A stretch of 64,000 bases of DNA from Promethearchaeota archaeon. Its GTDB lineage: Archaea > Asgardarchaeota > Lokiarchaeia > Sigyniarchaeales > SOKP01. The stretch covers positions 77,978 to 141,977 of the forward strand of contig JBHLON010000003.1 in assembly GCA_048940445.1 (NCBI GenBank), read 5' to 3'. Below the pieces are notes generated by a model. That model was not told the DNA's origin. It ran no database searches and worked only from the letters and a program-made list of their open reading frames with translations. The position numbers and the translations under genes were made by a program. This document shows positions 50,701-60,754 of the stretch, piece after piece. Each line of letters starts with the position of its first letter. The stretch's first letter is position 1.

Positions 50701-52663
50701 CATCAGCCATACAAGCTCTCACACATTCAAAACATTCACAACAAGAAGCACAATTTAGACAACGATTTGCTTCTTCAATAGCTTCTTGTTCACTCATAGT
50801 AATAGTTTCTTCTTTGAAGTTCAATACTCTTTCATCAGGAACGCATATGTTACAATCTCTCCGTTCTTGACATGAAAATCTTTCAATATTCTCAATATCA
50901 TCAATTCCAATAACATCTTCCTCACAATAATCAGGAATAGTCTCTATTTCTTCTGTGATAGGTTCATCTTTTAGATATTTTTCTAGAATCACCGCGGCTT
51001 TGTTTCCAATTGCTATTGCTTCTATTGCTGAACCGGGTCCCTTTACGATTTCCCCACCTGCAAATATTCCTGGAATGTTAGTTTCAAAAGTATTTTTATT
51101 AATTTGAATTAAATTCGAAGATTCAATTTCTAACTCATCTTGACATGCAGCTTGTAATAAAGAGAAATCAGCTTGTTGGCCTATAGCTAAAATTACAGTA
51201 TCTATTTTCATTTTAAACTCGGAATTTTTAATCGGAATAGGTCGCCTTCTTCCTGAAGCGTCGATTTCACCAAGTTCCATGCGAATGCATTCTACTTCAG
51301 AGACTTTTTTCGATTTATCACCATAAATTTTTACTGGATTTGTCAAAAATTGAAAATCAATACCCTCTTCTTTCGCCATTTCAATTTCTTCTTTCGAAGC
51401 AGGCATTTCTTTTTCAGAACGCCTATAAATAATAATCACTTTCTTAGCACCTAATCTAAGAGCGGAACGAGCAGCATCCATCGCTACATCTCCTCCACCT
51501 ACAACAGCAACAACTTTATCTTTAATATTAGGTGTTTCTATTGATAAATTTAAATTTCTGAGAAATTCGATTCCATATAATACATTCTTAATATCATCTC
51601 CTTCAATCTTCATCCCTCGACTTTTTTGCAGTCCTGTGGAGATGAATATAGTTTTGTACCCTTGCTTTTTTAATTCATTAAAAGTTAAATCTGGGCCGAT
51701 ACATGCATTTGTTCTTATTTCTACTCCATATTTTTTAATATGGTCAATATCTGCTTCCAATATTTCGGGAGGTAATCTATAATCAGGTATACCTACTCTA
51801 AGCATTCCTCCAGCAACGGGTTCTTTTTCAAAGATAGTTACGGGGTAACCTCTCCTCGCTAAATGATATGCAACTGTTAGTCCTGATGGACCTGAGCCAA
51901 TAATAGCTACCTTTTCTTCTTTTTTATCTTCTAAAAAGGTAATTTTCTCTTCAAAATTCTCTCTTACATGGTCAGCTACGAACCTTTTTAAACCACAAAT
52001 ATTTACAGCTTCATCTACTTCCTTTCTATTGCAAGCATCTTCACAATAATGAGGACAAATGCGTCCGATTACAGATGGAAGGGGGCATCTTTCTCTTATA
52101 AGATCCAAAGCTTCTTGATACTTTCCTTTAGAGATCAATCCTACATATCCTTGTGTATTTATATGAGCAGGACAAGCGTCTCTACAAGGAGAGACTCCCC
52201 TTTTATCTATTAGAGTCTTGAAAGGTACCGCTTGAGGGAATTGAAGATACATCGCTTTCCGATCATTCAATCCTTGATTAAACTCATCAGGCACTCGAAC
52301 TGGACATTGTTGGATACATTCTCCACAACCTGTACATTTGTCTTCAATAATATACCTCGTTCTTTTATTAATCGCAACATTGAAATTACCTGCATTTCCT
52401 TTAACACTTTGGATATCAGCATAAGTAATTAATTCAATATTAGGATTTCTATCTACAGCGACAAGCTTAGGAGCTAAAATGCACATAGAACAATCATTGG
52501 TTGGGAATGTTTTATCTAGTTGTGCCATTACTCCCCCAATAGACGGATTCTTCTCAACAAGATAGACTTTAATTCCCGAATTAGCCAAATCTAAAGCTGC
52601 TTGGCAACCTCCAATACCTGCTCCTATAACTAACGCTGCTCCAACTTTACTTTCTTTACTCAT
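47720..52663 (-). CDS. hdrL: HdrL-type fusion: HdrA with an inserted NfnB/GltD-like NAD(P)H module, second HdrA unit and C-terminal MvhD
   Basis: LDKTFPTNDCSMC; insert CRDACP...GRICP..CE..C, GSGPSG, GGGDVAMD...YRRS; second VFVCHCG/ASCTPRTHE; terminal FLCNWCSYAGAD. Confidence 0.9.
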   Translation of the reverse strand: MSKESKVGAALVIGAGIGGCQAALDLANSGIKVYLVEKNPSIGGVMAQLDKTFPTNDCSMCILAPKLVAVDRNPNIELITYADIQSVKGNAGNFNVAINKRTRYIIEDKCTGCGECIQQCPVRVPDEFNQGLNDRKAMYLQFPQAVPFKTLIDKRGVSPCRDACPAHINTQGYVGLISKGKYQEALDLIRERCPLPSVIGRICPHYCEDACNRKEVDEAVNICGLKRFVADHVRENFEEKITFLEDKKEEKVAIIGSGPSGLTVAYHLARRGYPVTIFEKEPVAGGMLRVGIPDYRLPPEILEADIDHIKKYGVEIRTNACIGPDLTFNELKKQGYKTIFISTGLQKSRGMKIEGDDIKNVLYGIEFLRNLNLSIETPNIKDKVVAVVGGGDVAMDAARSALRLGAKKVIIIYRRSEKEMPASKEEIEMAKEEGIDFQFLTNPVKIYGDKSKKVSEVECIRMELGEIDASGRRRPIPIKNSEFKMKIDTVILAIGQQADFSLLQAACQDELEIESSNLIQINKNTFETNIPGIFAGGEIVKGPGSAIEAIAIGNKAAVILEKYLKDEPITEEIETIPDYCEEDVIGIDDIENIERFSCQERRDCNICVPDERVLNFKEETITMSEQEAIEEANRCLNCASCCECFECVRACMADAVDHTLTDELVSINVGAIIVALGSDVYIPGKGNVYGYGEFKNVITSIAFERILNASGPFKGEVVRPSDHTTPKKIAFLHCVGSRDKKIGHEYCSSMCCMYTTKEAVIAKEHSEKVEPTIFSMDIRAHGKDFERYIERAKNDYGIRYIRSRISSITKVPDSEDLKIKFETEEGKVVEEIFNLVVLSVGIQPNSTVSTLAKELNIELNEYGFCKTDTFNPSATSRPGIYVCGTFKEPKDIPETVIEASAAAGAVNVLLSDTKNTLVAQEKHYEERDISGEPIRIGVFVCHCGINIGGVVDVPEVVDYASTLPDVVYAERNLYTCSADTQSIIKEKIKEHNLNRVIVASCTPRTHEPLFQATIREAGLNKYLFDLANIRDQCSWVHMHTPEEATEKAKDLVRMSVAKARNLIPLQEQKVEVIHKGLVIGGGVSGMTAALNLADQGYNVYLVEKSDRLGGFARNVYQTLENNNVQELVSNLIEKINNHKLINVFLKAKINSINGYVGNFTTEINLGDNEQQKVDHGIIIVATGAYEYTPKDDEYLFNQNKSIITQSKFEEFLFNDDKKIKDLKSIVMIQCIGSRNEENPYCSRMCCSEAVKNAIKAKEINPDLNVVILFRDIRTYGFKEKYYNLAREKGVLFIRFDEKIPPEVISENKQLQILLQKTDMGDLKMNADLVVLSAGIVAPKENSELAKLLKVPLNEDNFFLEAHVKLRPSDFATEGIFLCGTARGPANITESIAQANSAAARAMTILSKDILLTEGVTANVNEEKCIGCGRCTEICPYNAIELLESTKQMGLYDNELKKAQVIKALCKGCGTCFAECPVSAISMSHFGNEQIKPMISEATKHEEKTWEPKIVAFLCNWCSYAGADLAGVSRYQYPPNVRIIRVMCSGGMSKSYILQAFLEGADGVFIAGCHLGDCHYISGNENAYLRMDNLKELIKKIGLEEERIYITQVSASEGRQFAEDISEFTEKIKKLGETKIPSKVSKVKIEST

Positions 52664-52745
52664 ATTACGTCCAACAAAATCTTTTTTTATTATTTAAATT
52701 TTAATATTTCAATTTTTGGATTTTCTTTTCTCTATATTGTCATTC

Positions 52746-53957
52746 TTAGGTAAGGAAAAGTCTTTCACCAATAAAACTTGCGATATCAATTACTTTAATT
52801 TTGTTCTTTAATTCTTTATGCTCATCATCTAAGGAAGGTTCATTAAGATAACAGTCAAAGTGAGTAAGACATTTTGGGCAGGGTACCACTAAATATTCAG
52901 CACCTGTTTCAACTGCTTCTTTAATACGGTTTTGTCTTAAGATACGTGTTGATTCATTGCATCCTGTAAAGGCTGAAACTCCACAGCAGTTTGCATCATC
53001 TTTAATATTTTTCATCTCAATTAGTTCCACCCCAGGAATTTTTCTAAGTAGGTTTCTTGGAGCCTCATATAATTTTCCTCCTAAGCGTCCTAATCTACAT
53101 GCATCATGATAAGTAACTTTTATCTCTGTTTCTCGTGGGAATCTAACATTGTCAAGGATGTTCTCTTTCAGAAAAAATTCAGAGAAATGTAGAACTTCAA
53201 AATCAAAATCTTTTATTACTTTGGGATAATCAAATTTCCATGTCCTATACCCTTCAGCACATCCCAAAATTACTGTTTTAACTCCAGCATTTCTGTAAAG
53301 TTTTACATTGTATTCTGCAAGTTTTTTAAATGTGTTGATATCTCCTCTGCCCCATAAAACATCATGACCACAACATTTTTCATTCAATACAACCGGAACT
53401 ATATTTGCCTCATTAAGTAAGCTGATTATAGTTTTAGGGGTACTGATATAATTGATATCTGATTTATAAAAAATATTTTCCATAAGAGGTAGACATCCCG
53501 TAAAATATGCGATTTCACCTGTATTTGTGGTTTTTAGATCGGAATTTTCTATAAATTCTAATTTATTCGGGCTTAATTTATCATCCGACATTATTCTTGA
53601 TATAAGCGGAAAGATTTCATCATGAGTTTCGCATTGAATGATCCTATCTACTTGGCTACCAGTGTTAAATCCTAATTTTCTTAGTTCTAAAATTAATTCA
53701 GGGAATTTTACTCCCGATTTTCCTCCAGTCATGGGACAATAATTAGTGCAAAGTCCACAAGTAAGGCAGTCCCAGATATTATGATTTTTTAAAACCTCTT
53801 CTATAGGTGACGAAACCAAATCAACTATTAATTTTTGAGGATAAAAAGCATCAATATGAGAGAGTGGACAAACATTTACGCAACGATTACAGTTATAACA
53901 AAAATTGGCCATTGAATTAATCTTTTTCACTACTTCCCCTGAAATCTTAATCACCAA
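52746..53957 (-). CDS. HdrD-like Fe-S oxidoreductase (HdrC-B fusion with CCG domains)
   Basis: CYNCNRCVNVCP, CLTCGLCTNYCP, FTGC, CCG twice, YHDAC, CPKC. Confidence 0.9.
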   Translation of the reverse strand: MVIKISGEVVKKINSMANFCYNCNRCVNVCPLSHIDAFYPQKLIVDLVSSPIEEVLKNHNIWDCLTCGLCTNYCPMTGGKSGVKFPELILELRKLGFNTGSQVDRIIQCETHDEIFPLISRIMSDDKLSPNKLEFIENSDLKTTNTGEIAYFTGCLPLMENIFYKSDINYISTPKTIISLLNEANIVPVVLNEKCCGHDVLWGRGDINTFKKLAEYNVKLYRNAGVKTVILGCAEGYRTWKFDYPKVIKDFDFEVLHFSEFFLKENILDNVRFPRETEIKVTYHDACRLGRLGGKLYEAPRNLLRKIPGVELIEMKNIKDDANCCGVSAFTGCNESTRILRQNRIKEAVETGAEYLVVPCPKCLTHFDCYLNEPSLDDEHKELKNKIKVIDIASFIGERLFLT

Positions 53958-54232
53958 CTATTTATTCTTAAGTAATACCTTAAATGTTTTTACTTTCTTT
54001 ACATGAATATATTAAATTTAAAGTTTGTATAAGATATAATTTCCACGATTTTTCTAATTTATGCTTTTCTTTAAAAAGAATTATGGTTAATTTTATTAAT
54101 TTTTTATAAATCTTTATTTGTCAAATAATACCGAAGATTTTAGTAGATAAACTTTAACTTTCTTTTATTTTTTTAATTAATATTCTTTTTAATACTAAAG
54201 TTTAATACCAAAGATAAATTGCAAATTAAAAA

Positions 54233-55690
54233 ATGAAAGTTGCTTTCATCAATCCAGCACCACGTTCTTACATAATTGAGCGAGGTCATGAGACAACTGG
54301 AGCATATCCTCCATTAGGGATCTTATACATTATGGCATTTTTGAAAAAAGAGGGTTATGAAAGTATATTAATTGATCAACATGCAACCAAAATACCTACA
54401 ACTGAAGTCCTTAAGCAGTTAAAAAACTATGATCCTGATGTAATTGGTTTTAATACGTTAACTGATATAAATATGGGACTTCGAGCTACGTTTATAGCAA
54501 AATTGGTAAAAGAATGGAACCCAAATATCAAGATAGTATTTGGAAATTGTCATGCTACCTTTAATCATGATAGAATATTAAATAAATATGCATTTGTAGA
54601 TGTATGTGTTAGAGGAGAAGGAGAACTAACTTTTCACGAATTAGTTAAATCTTTTGAAAGTAATAAAAATCTCAAAGATATCTCTGGAATTACTTACCGT
54701 GAAAATGATATAATCAAAGTTAACTCTGAACGACCTTTAGTTAAAAATCTTGATGAACTCCCATTTCCAGATAGGAAAGCATGTGGTGACATAAACTATT
54801 GTCAAAATTACGGAGGAGTTAACGCGGATTACGGAAAATTTACAACAATTCAATCTTCCCGTGGATGTACTTTTGATTGCACATTTTGCTGTCAAAATAA
54901 ATTATCAAAAGGACTATGGAGACCTAGGTCAATTCCTCATATAATAAAAGAGTTAGAATATCTTGAAAGCGAAGGATACACAAATTTGTATTGGGTCGAT
55001 GATAATTTTACTAATAATCCAAAAAGAGCTATCAAATTATTTCGAGAGATGGAAAAGAATAAACTCAAGTTTAACTGGGTTTGTGATCAGAGGGTGGATC
55101 TTGTTAATGATATTTTACTTCGCGAAATGAAAAAAGCAGGTTGTCGTACTATCTCATTTGGAATTGAGAGTGGAAATCAAAGGATTCTTAATTATTTAAA
55201 TAAGAGAATAACACTACAAACAGCAATTGATGCCACCAAAAAAGCTAAGAAGAATGGAATTGATTTTATTATGGGAACATTTGTATTAGGATTACCCACA
55301 GAAACTTTAGGAGAGATTAGAGAAACTCTTGCCTTCTCTAGAAAACTAGGAATAGATTATCCCCAATTTCATATCTTTGGAGCAATTCCAGGCACCAAAA
55401 TATGGGATGATTTAGTGAAAGAAGGTAAAATCAATCCCAATAAATACTGGGAAAATGGGGTTAAGACGTTAGATCCTCCTCTTAATGAAGTAAAAAAGTT
55501 AATAAGAAAAGCCTATTTCCAATTTTTTACTAGACCAAAATACATTTTAGAACAAATAACCCGAACTCTTAAAAGTAAACATAGACTAAAAATACTATAT
55601 TCTAATAGACATATCCTTTCTAGCAGTAGAGCAGTCAGAACTTTTATTGATTTTTCAATAAATACATGGACACACGGAGATTATCCTTAA
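54233..55690 (+). CDS. B12-binding radical SAM protein
   Basis: PPLGILY, VRGEGE, SRGCTFDCTFC, DDNF, GIESG. Confidence 0.92.
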   Translation: MKVAFINPAPRSYIIERGHETTGAYPPLGILYIMAFLKKEGYESILIDQHATKIPTTEVLKQLKNYDPDVIGFNTLTDINMGLRATFIAKLVKEWNPNIKIVFGNCHATFNHDRILNKYAFVDVCVRGEGELTFHELVKSFESNKNLKDISGITYRENDIIKVNSERPLVKNLDELPFPDRKACGDINYCQNYGGVNADYGKFTTIQSSRGCTFDCTFCCQNKLSKGLWRPRSIPHIIKELEYLESEGYTNLYWVDDNFTNNPKRAIKLFREMEKNKLKFNWVCDQRVDLVNDILLREMKKAGCRTISFGIESGNQRILNYLNKRITLQTAIDATKKAKKNGIDFIMGTFVLGLPTETLGEIRETLAFSRKLGIDYPQFHIFGAIPGTKIWDDLVKEGKINPNKYWENGVKTLDPPLNEVKKLIRKAYFQFFTRPKYILEQITRTLKSKHRLKILYSNRHILSSSRAVRTFIDFSINTWTHGDYP

Positions 55691-55766
55691 TTTAAAAGAT
55701 TTTAAAAGTTTCTGTTTTTTAAGAATAATTAGTTGATATTTTATTTGAGAATCTAGATGTTTTAAA

Positions 55767-57227
55767 TTGAGATTAAATATTAGAACTAAAATAATATTCA
55801 TTTCATTTACGTTATGTTTTCTGTGTGTTTCATCAACATCTGGTTTTAAAAATGTTAGTTTGGGCGGATTTTATAAAGCGAGTAACTCGAAAGATGATAG
55901 ATTAGAATTTGAAATTTTAATCACCTCACAAATTTCTGAAAGAATCCATATTAATAACAATTGGACAGCTACTAAGATAGCAGGTATCTGTACTGGAAAT
56001 GGTACTTATTCTAAGCCCTATATCATAAAAGATATGGTTATTAATGCTAAATCTTCAGGAAATGGCATTTTAATTGAAAATTCTAATGATTATTTCATAA
56101 TTAAGAATTGTTCCCTTTACAATTCGGGGACAAGATTATTGGATTCAGGAATTAAATTAAACAATGTAAGTAATTCTAAGTTAATAGAAAATTATTGCTT
56201 GAATAATTTCATGGGCATTAATTTAGTAAAGAGTCACAATAATTCTATTACGGGTAATATGGTAAATAGTGGTAATACGATGGGTATACTTGTAAATCAG
56301 AGCAACTTAAATCATATTTTACTTAATATAATTGGAAATAATACTGGAGCTATGATGGGAACAGGAATCACTTTAGTAGATAGTAATGATACGAGGATTA
56401 TTGGTAATGTAGTACAGAATAATAATTTAGGAATCGATTTATCAGTGAGTAGTGATAATATCATTTCAGGAAACAAAATAAATTTTAACTTTTATGGAAT
56501 AACGTCATATTATAGTAATAACAATAAAATTTCAGGGAATGATATAGAAAACAATCTCCAGGAGGCTATTTATCTTGATCGAAGTGATTTTAACAATATT
56601 TCAAGGAATATCGTAAAAAGGAACAGTGGATATGGAATTATATTAAGTCAAAGTAATTATAATTTAATTTCGGAGAACGATGTAAGTGAAAATATTTTAT
56701 TGGGAATAGGAATAGATCTCAATAGTATCTACAATACTATTCAAGAAAACATCGTAAAAGGAAACAACGATGGTATCTACATGCACTATAGTGATCATAT
56801 TAATATCCACAATAACTCGATATCATATAACTTGTTTGGAATTAAAATTGTATTTTGCAGTGATAATAATATCTCTGAAAACATTATTAATGAAAATGAA
56901 CATTTTGGCATATATATGTCTGGAACTATCTTTAACGCAATTATTGGAAACATTATAAATAAAAACATTGACTATGGCATTTTTTTAAATCAAAGCAATT
57001 TTAACAAAGTCTCAAGTAATACTATAATTGATAATGGAATTTGTATAACAGAAGAAAACTGCCATGATAACATATTTAATAATAATACGGGATGCGACTA
57101 TGGTAAAGTTGTTGATGGGGGAGCTCCAATGGAGGCCATTATTTTTACACTTATTGGGGTAATTATGTTAGGATTGGTGATTATTCTATTAATTAGCCAG
57201 AAGAGAAAGAAACTGGAAAGTAAGTAA
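55767..57227 (+). CDS. NosD-like right-handed beta-helix surface protein
   Basis: signal peptide, GNGTYSKPYII, many GIxL..S..N.I..N repeats, C-terminal TM and basic tail. Confidence 0.88.
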   Translation: MRLNIRTKIIFISFTLCFLCVSSTSGFKNVSLGGFYKASNSKDDRLEFEILITSQISERIHINNNWTATKIAGICTGNGTYSKPYIIKDMVINAKSSGNGILIENSNDYFIIKNCSLYNSGTRLLDSGIKLNNVSNSKLIENYCLNNFMGINLVKSHNNSITGNMVNSGNTMGILVNQSNLNHILLNIIGNNTGAMMGTGITLVDSNDTRIIGNVVQNNNLGIDLSVSSDNIISGNKINFNFYGITSYYSNNNKISGNDIENNLQEAIYLDRSDFNNISRNIVKRNSGYGIILSQSNYNLISENDVSENILLGIGIDLNSIYNTIQENIVKGNNDGIYMHYSDHINIHNNSISYNLFGIKIVFCSDNNISENIINENEHFGIYMSGTIFNAIIGNIINKNIDYGIFLNQSNFNKVSSNTIIDNGICITEENCHDNIFNNNTGCDYGKVVDGGAPMEAIIFTLIGVIMLGLVIILLISQKRKKLESK

Positions 57228-57237
57228 CTTTAAGAAA

Positions 57238-59307
57238 TCACCATTTAGAATTCAAATATTCAAGCATTTTTCTTATATCATGGGTAGGTGGCTTACAAGT
57301 TTTATTTATACATACATAAGCAGTTGCTTTTCCTTCTAAATCGCTAAAAAATTCTACAAAGTTGGATAATTTGTCGATATCAGGAGATCTTTTTTCCATT
57401 TTTCTAAGTAGAAGCACTTTATTGGGAAGATATGTTTTCTTAATAGTTTCTATCATTTCTATTGTATCTTGAGATTCACTATTTCCAGAAATGACTAATG
57501 AATAAGTAGGTCCAATTGCAAAATCTCCAGCAACCATAAATTGGGTATATGCAATAGGAGAAGCATCTAATTTATCACTGAAAACTCTACTTAGGATATC
57601 TGCTTTTATTTCCAGTCCAGAATCACCAGTAATATAGCTCAAGCGTAATAGATTTAATATTGAGATTGAATTACCTGAAGGAATTGCCCCATCATAGACC
57701 TCTTTTTGTCTAACTAATAATTCTTCATTAAGATCAGAAGTGAAGTAAAATCCTCCGATTTCATTATCCCAAAAATGCTTAATTTGGTATTTATTAAGCT
57801 TTAAAGCAATTTCTAGATAATTGATATCGAATGTGGCTTCATAAAGTTCAATTAAACCCCAGATAAAGAAAGCATAATCGGTTAAGTAACCTTCGATTTC
57901 AGAGCTCCCATCTTTATAGCGGTGAAATAGCCGTTCATCCTCTGTTTTAAGGTTATTAAGAATAAATTTAGTTGCCTTTTGAGCAGCATCCAAGTATGAG
58001 GTATTTTTTAAAACGATTGCTCCTTTTGTTAAAGCAACAATCATCAATCCATTCCAATCCGTTAAGATTTTATCATCTTTTGAAGGATGAACTCTTTTTT
58101 CTCGGAGATTAAATAACTTCTGCCGAATAGAAGCAATTTTTAAATATATCTCTTCTTGTTCGAGTTGATTCATGTCTTTTAAATGAGGAATATTTTTATT
58201 TGTACTTTTTCCAGTCGACTCTTCTAAATAATTACCAGAATTGTTAATATTATATAACTTAATAAAATATTCTGCATCTTGTTCATTGAGAATTTCTCTT
58301 AATTCAGATTCTTTCCATAAATAGAACTTCCCTTCTTCACCCTCACTATCTGCATCTTCAGCTGAATAAAAACCCCCTTCGGAGGATTGCATGTCTCGAA
58401 TAACATATGTAAATATTTCTTCTGCAACTTTTTTATAAATTTCTCTTTTTGTTGCTGAATATGCTTCAATGTAAGCAAGAGCGATTAAAGCTTGATCATA
58501 TAACATTTTCTCAAAATGAGGAACTAACCAAAATTTATCAGTAGAGTATCTATGAAAACCAAATCCAATATGATCATAAATGCCACCTAATCTCATTTGG
58601 ATTAATGTTTTTTCAACCATATGTAATGCTTTCTTCTCTTCAGTGCGTTTCCAATATCGTAATAAAAACAACAGATTATGAGGAGTTGGGAATTTGGGTT
58701 TTTCATTAAATCCTCCATAATCTTCATCAAAAGATAATTGTAGGCGATCATAAGTCTTTCTCAAAATTCTTTTAGTAAATTTTTCTCCAGGAGCTTCTTG
58801 AGTTAAATTCTGGAGTGAGAATGTAATCTTTTCAGCCGTATCTCTTAATTCTGTGTTATTATTTAACCAGAGATTTTTTACTCTCTTAATTAGATCTATA
58901 AGACCAATCCTTCCAAATATAGTTTCCCTAGGAAAATAAGTCCCTGCAAAAAATGGCTTTTTATCGGGTGTAAGAAAAATCGTTAAAGGCCATCCACCGG
59001 AACCTGTCATCATTTGACATACTTTCATATATATATTATCTATATCAGGACGTTCTTCTCTATCAACTTTTATTGAAATAAATATTTCATTCATTAAATC
59101 TGCTAGCTCCTCATTTTCGAAGCTTTCATGAGCCATTACATGGCACCAATGACATGTAGAATACCCTATTGACAAAAATATTGGCTTATTTTCTCGTTTA
59201 GCTTTTTCAAAAGCTTCATTTGACCAAGGATACCAATCGACGGGATTATTGACGTGCTGCAATAAGTATGGACTCTTTTCAGATTTTAAATGATTTGTTT
59301 TTTCTAT
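57238..59307 (-). CDS. yyaL: thioredoxin-domain protein YyaL (SPATA20-like); proposed ATA start
   Basis: [53 protein letters not shown]; the conserved N-terminus extends upstream of the track start at 59262. Confidence 0.9.
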   Translation of the reverse strand: MEKTNHLKSEKSPYLLQHVNNPVDWYPWSNEAFEKAKRENKPIFLSIGYSTCHWCHVMAHESFENEELADLMNEIFISIKVDREERPDIDNIYMKVCQMMTGSGGWPLTIFLTPDKKPFFAGTYFPRETIFGRIGLIDLIKRVKNLWLNNNTELRDTAEKITFSLQNLTQEAPGEKFTKRILRKTYDRLQLSFDEDYGGFNEKPKFPTPHNLLFLLRYWKRTEEKKALHMVEKTLIQMRLGGIYDHIGFGFHRYSTDKFWLVPHFEKMLYDQALIALAYIEAYSATKREIYKKVAEEIFTYVIRDMQSSEGGFYSAEDADSEGEEGKFYLWKESELREILNEQDAEYFIKLYNINNSGNYLEESTGKSTNKNIPHLKDMNQLEQEEIYLKIASIRQKLFNLREKRVHPSKDDKILTDWNGLMIVALTKGAIVLKNTSYLDAAQKATKFILNNLKTEDERLFHRYKDGSSEIEGYLTDYAFFIWGLIELYEATFDINYLEIALKLNKYQIKHFWDNEIGGFYFTSDLNEELLVRQKEVYDGAIPSGNSISILNLLRLSYITGDSGLEIKADILSRVFSDKLDASPIAYTQFMVAGDFAIGPTYSLVISGNSESQDTIEMIETIKKTYLPNKVLLLRKMEKRSPDIDKLSNFVEFFSDLEGKATAYVCINKTCKPPTHDIRKMLEYLNSKW

Positions 59308-59319
59308 CTTAAAACACCT

Positions 59320-59889
59320 TTATTTCTCTAATTTATTGCCAAATTCATTCATGTATGCAAATTGTTCTAAGTTTTTCCTTGGAGGTCTTTGGTGTTCTCC
59401 TAATTTCATAGGGTCTGATAAAACAGGATTTATATGATCTGAATGTTTTCCAATAATAACTAGTGTAATTAGTACATTATCGTTAGGTATTTTAAGAACC
59501 CTTTTAGCGATATTTTCATTAAATCCTGCTATGGGATGAGCTACTAACCCTAATTCTGTAGCTCTCAATATTATTAAAGCAGTTGCCAATCCATTATCAA
59601 ATAAATAATATAATCTATCTTTAATTACACAATCATTTTCCTTCTTACTAAAAATAGCAATAATTAAAGAAGCTTTTTCTACCCATTTATTTCCTGGATT
59701 AATAGCAGCAAATAATTCTTTTAACTTATTTTTATCTCGTACGAAGATTAAATTCCAAGGTTGACTATTCGTGCAAGAAGGAGCAACCTGAGCAATTTTA
59801 GCAAATTCTATTATAATTTCATCTGTGATGCTAACTGGATCAAGTGACCTATACGCTCGTCTTTTTTCTATTGCTTCAATAACATCCAT
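59320..59889 (-). CDS. nitroreductase family protein
   Basis: RRAYR, APSCTNSQPW, ATELGL, PPRK. Confidence 0.92.
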   Translation of the reverse strand: MDVIEAIEKRRAYRSLDPVSITDEIIIEFAKIAQVAPSCTNSQPWNLIFVRDKNKLKELFAAINPGNKWVEKASLIIAIFSKKENDCVIKDRLYYLFDNGLATALIILRATELGLVAHPIAGFNENIAKRVLKIPNDNVLITLVIIGKHSDHINPVLSDPMKLGEHQRPPRKNLEQFAYMNEFGNKLEK

Positions 59890-59968
59890 ATTGAAATGTA
59901 TACTTTGAATTAATTTTTTAAGTTTATCTTTAAAAATTATAAGAAAATAGAATAATAAAATTCTAAGC

Positions 59969-60454
59969 CTAACTTTTTAAGCTTTTAAGTACATCTTTGA
60001 CTTCCTCTGCATGCCCTTTAACACTAACCTTAGGCCAAGTGTAAGCTATCTTTCCATCTAAATCTATTAAAAATGTACTTCTAATCACTCCCATATGTGT
60101 CTTCCCTCGAAATTTTTTTAGTCCCCATACACCATATTTATTCATCACTTCATGATTTTCATCACTTAATAAGGTTATTTTCAAATTTTTCTTTTCAATG
60201 AATTTAGCGTGGGAATTCGGACTATCTGGGCTAATACCAATGACTTCTGCATCAAGTTCTTGTAGTTCGGGTAAAATATTCGTAAATCCAATCGCTTCAG
60301 TTGTACAACCAGGGGTATTATCAGCAGGATAAAAGTATACTATATTATACTTACCTCTAAAATCCTTCAAACATACTTGTTTTTCATCTTTATCTGGAAG
60401 GCAAAATTCAGGAGCTTTATTACCTACTTTTAAGTTTACATTTTTTTCTACCAT
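59969..60454 (-). CDS. bcp: peroxiredoxin Bcp/PrxQ
   Basis: FYPADNTPGCTTEA, GISPD, LLSD, RSTFLID. Confidence 0.95.
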   Translation of the reverse strand: MVEKNVNLKVGNKAPEFCLPDKDEKQVCLKDFRGKYNIVYFYPADNTPGCTTEAIGFTNILPELQELDAEVIGISPDSPNSHAKFIEKKNLKITLLSDENHEVMNKYGVWGLKKFRGKTHMGVIRSTFLIDLDGKIAYTWPKVSVKGHAEEVKDVLKSLKS

Positions 60455-60754
60455 TATCTTAACCTTCTTATTTATAATTGATATTTCTTAACAATATTTA
60501 TAATTTAATAAATATCAAAATTGACATTATTAACTATTAAAAGTTAATTAAAATAGAGAAGAAATAAAAGATCTTGAAAAAATAATATTAATAAATTATA
60601 AATCGAAGGAAAGTTAAGATTTTTTTATTTGATCTCATCTGAATGAAGATTTATTAATTTATTTTGATTACTAACTCATGCTAAATAAAATAGAATAGTT
60701 TTTGTTTTAACTTTTTATATATTTTATTAATAAAAATTCTTTAAACCAAACGAA

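Noticed and set aside
42283-52663. Selenocysteine recoding in HdrA/MvhD, known for some Lokiarchaeia paralogs
   Set aside because: Both HdrA-type and both MvhD-type sequences are uninterrupted, with Cys codons at the relevant motifs; no in-frame UGA, and no SECIS-like hairpin recognised downstream
40695-53957. Methanogenesis implied by Hdr, Fae and methyltransferase genes
   Set aside because: No mcr or mtr genes in the window; these modules are widespread in non-methanogens
56040-57090. Periodic AAT-rich sequence resembling a tandem repeat
   Set aside because: Explained by Asn-rich beta-helix repeats at the protein level; no exact DNA repeat
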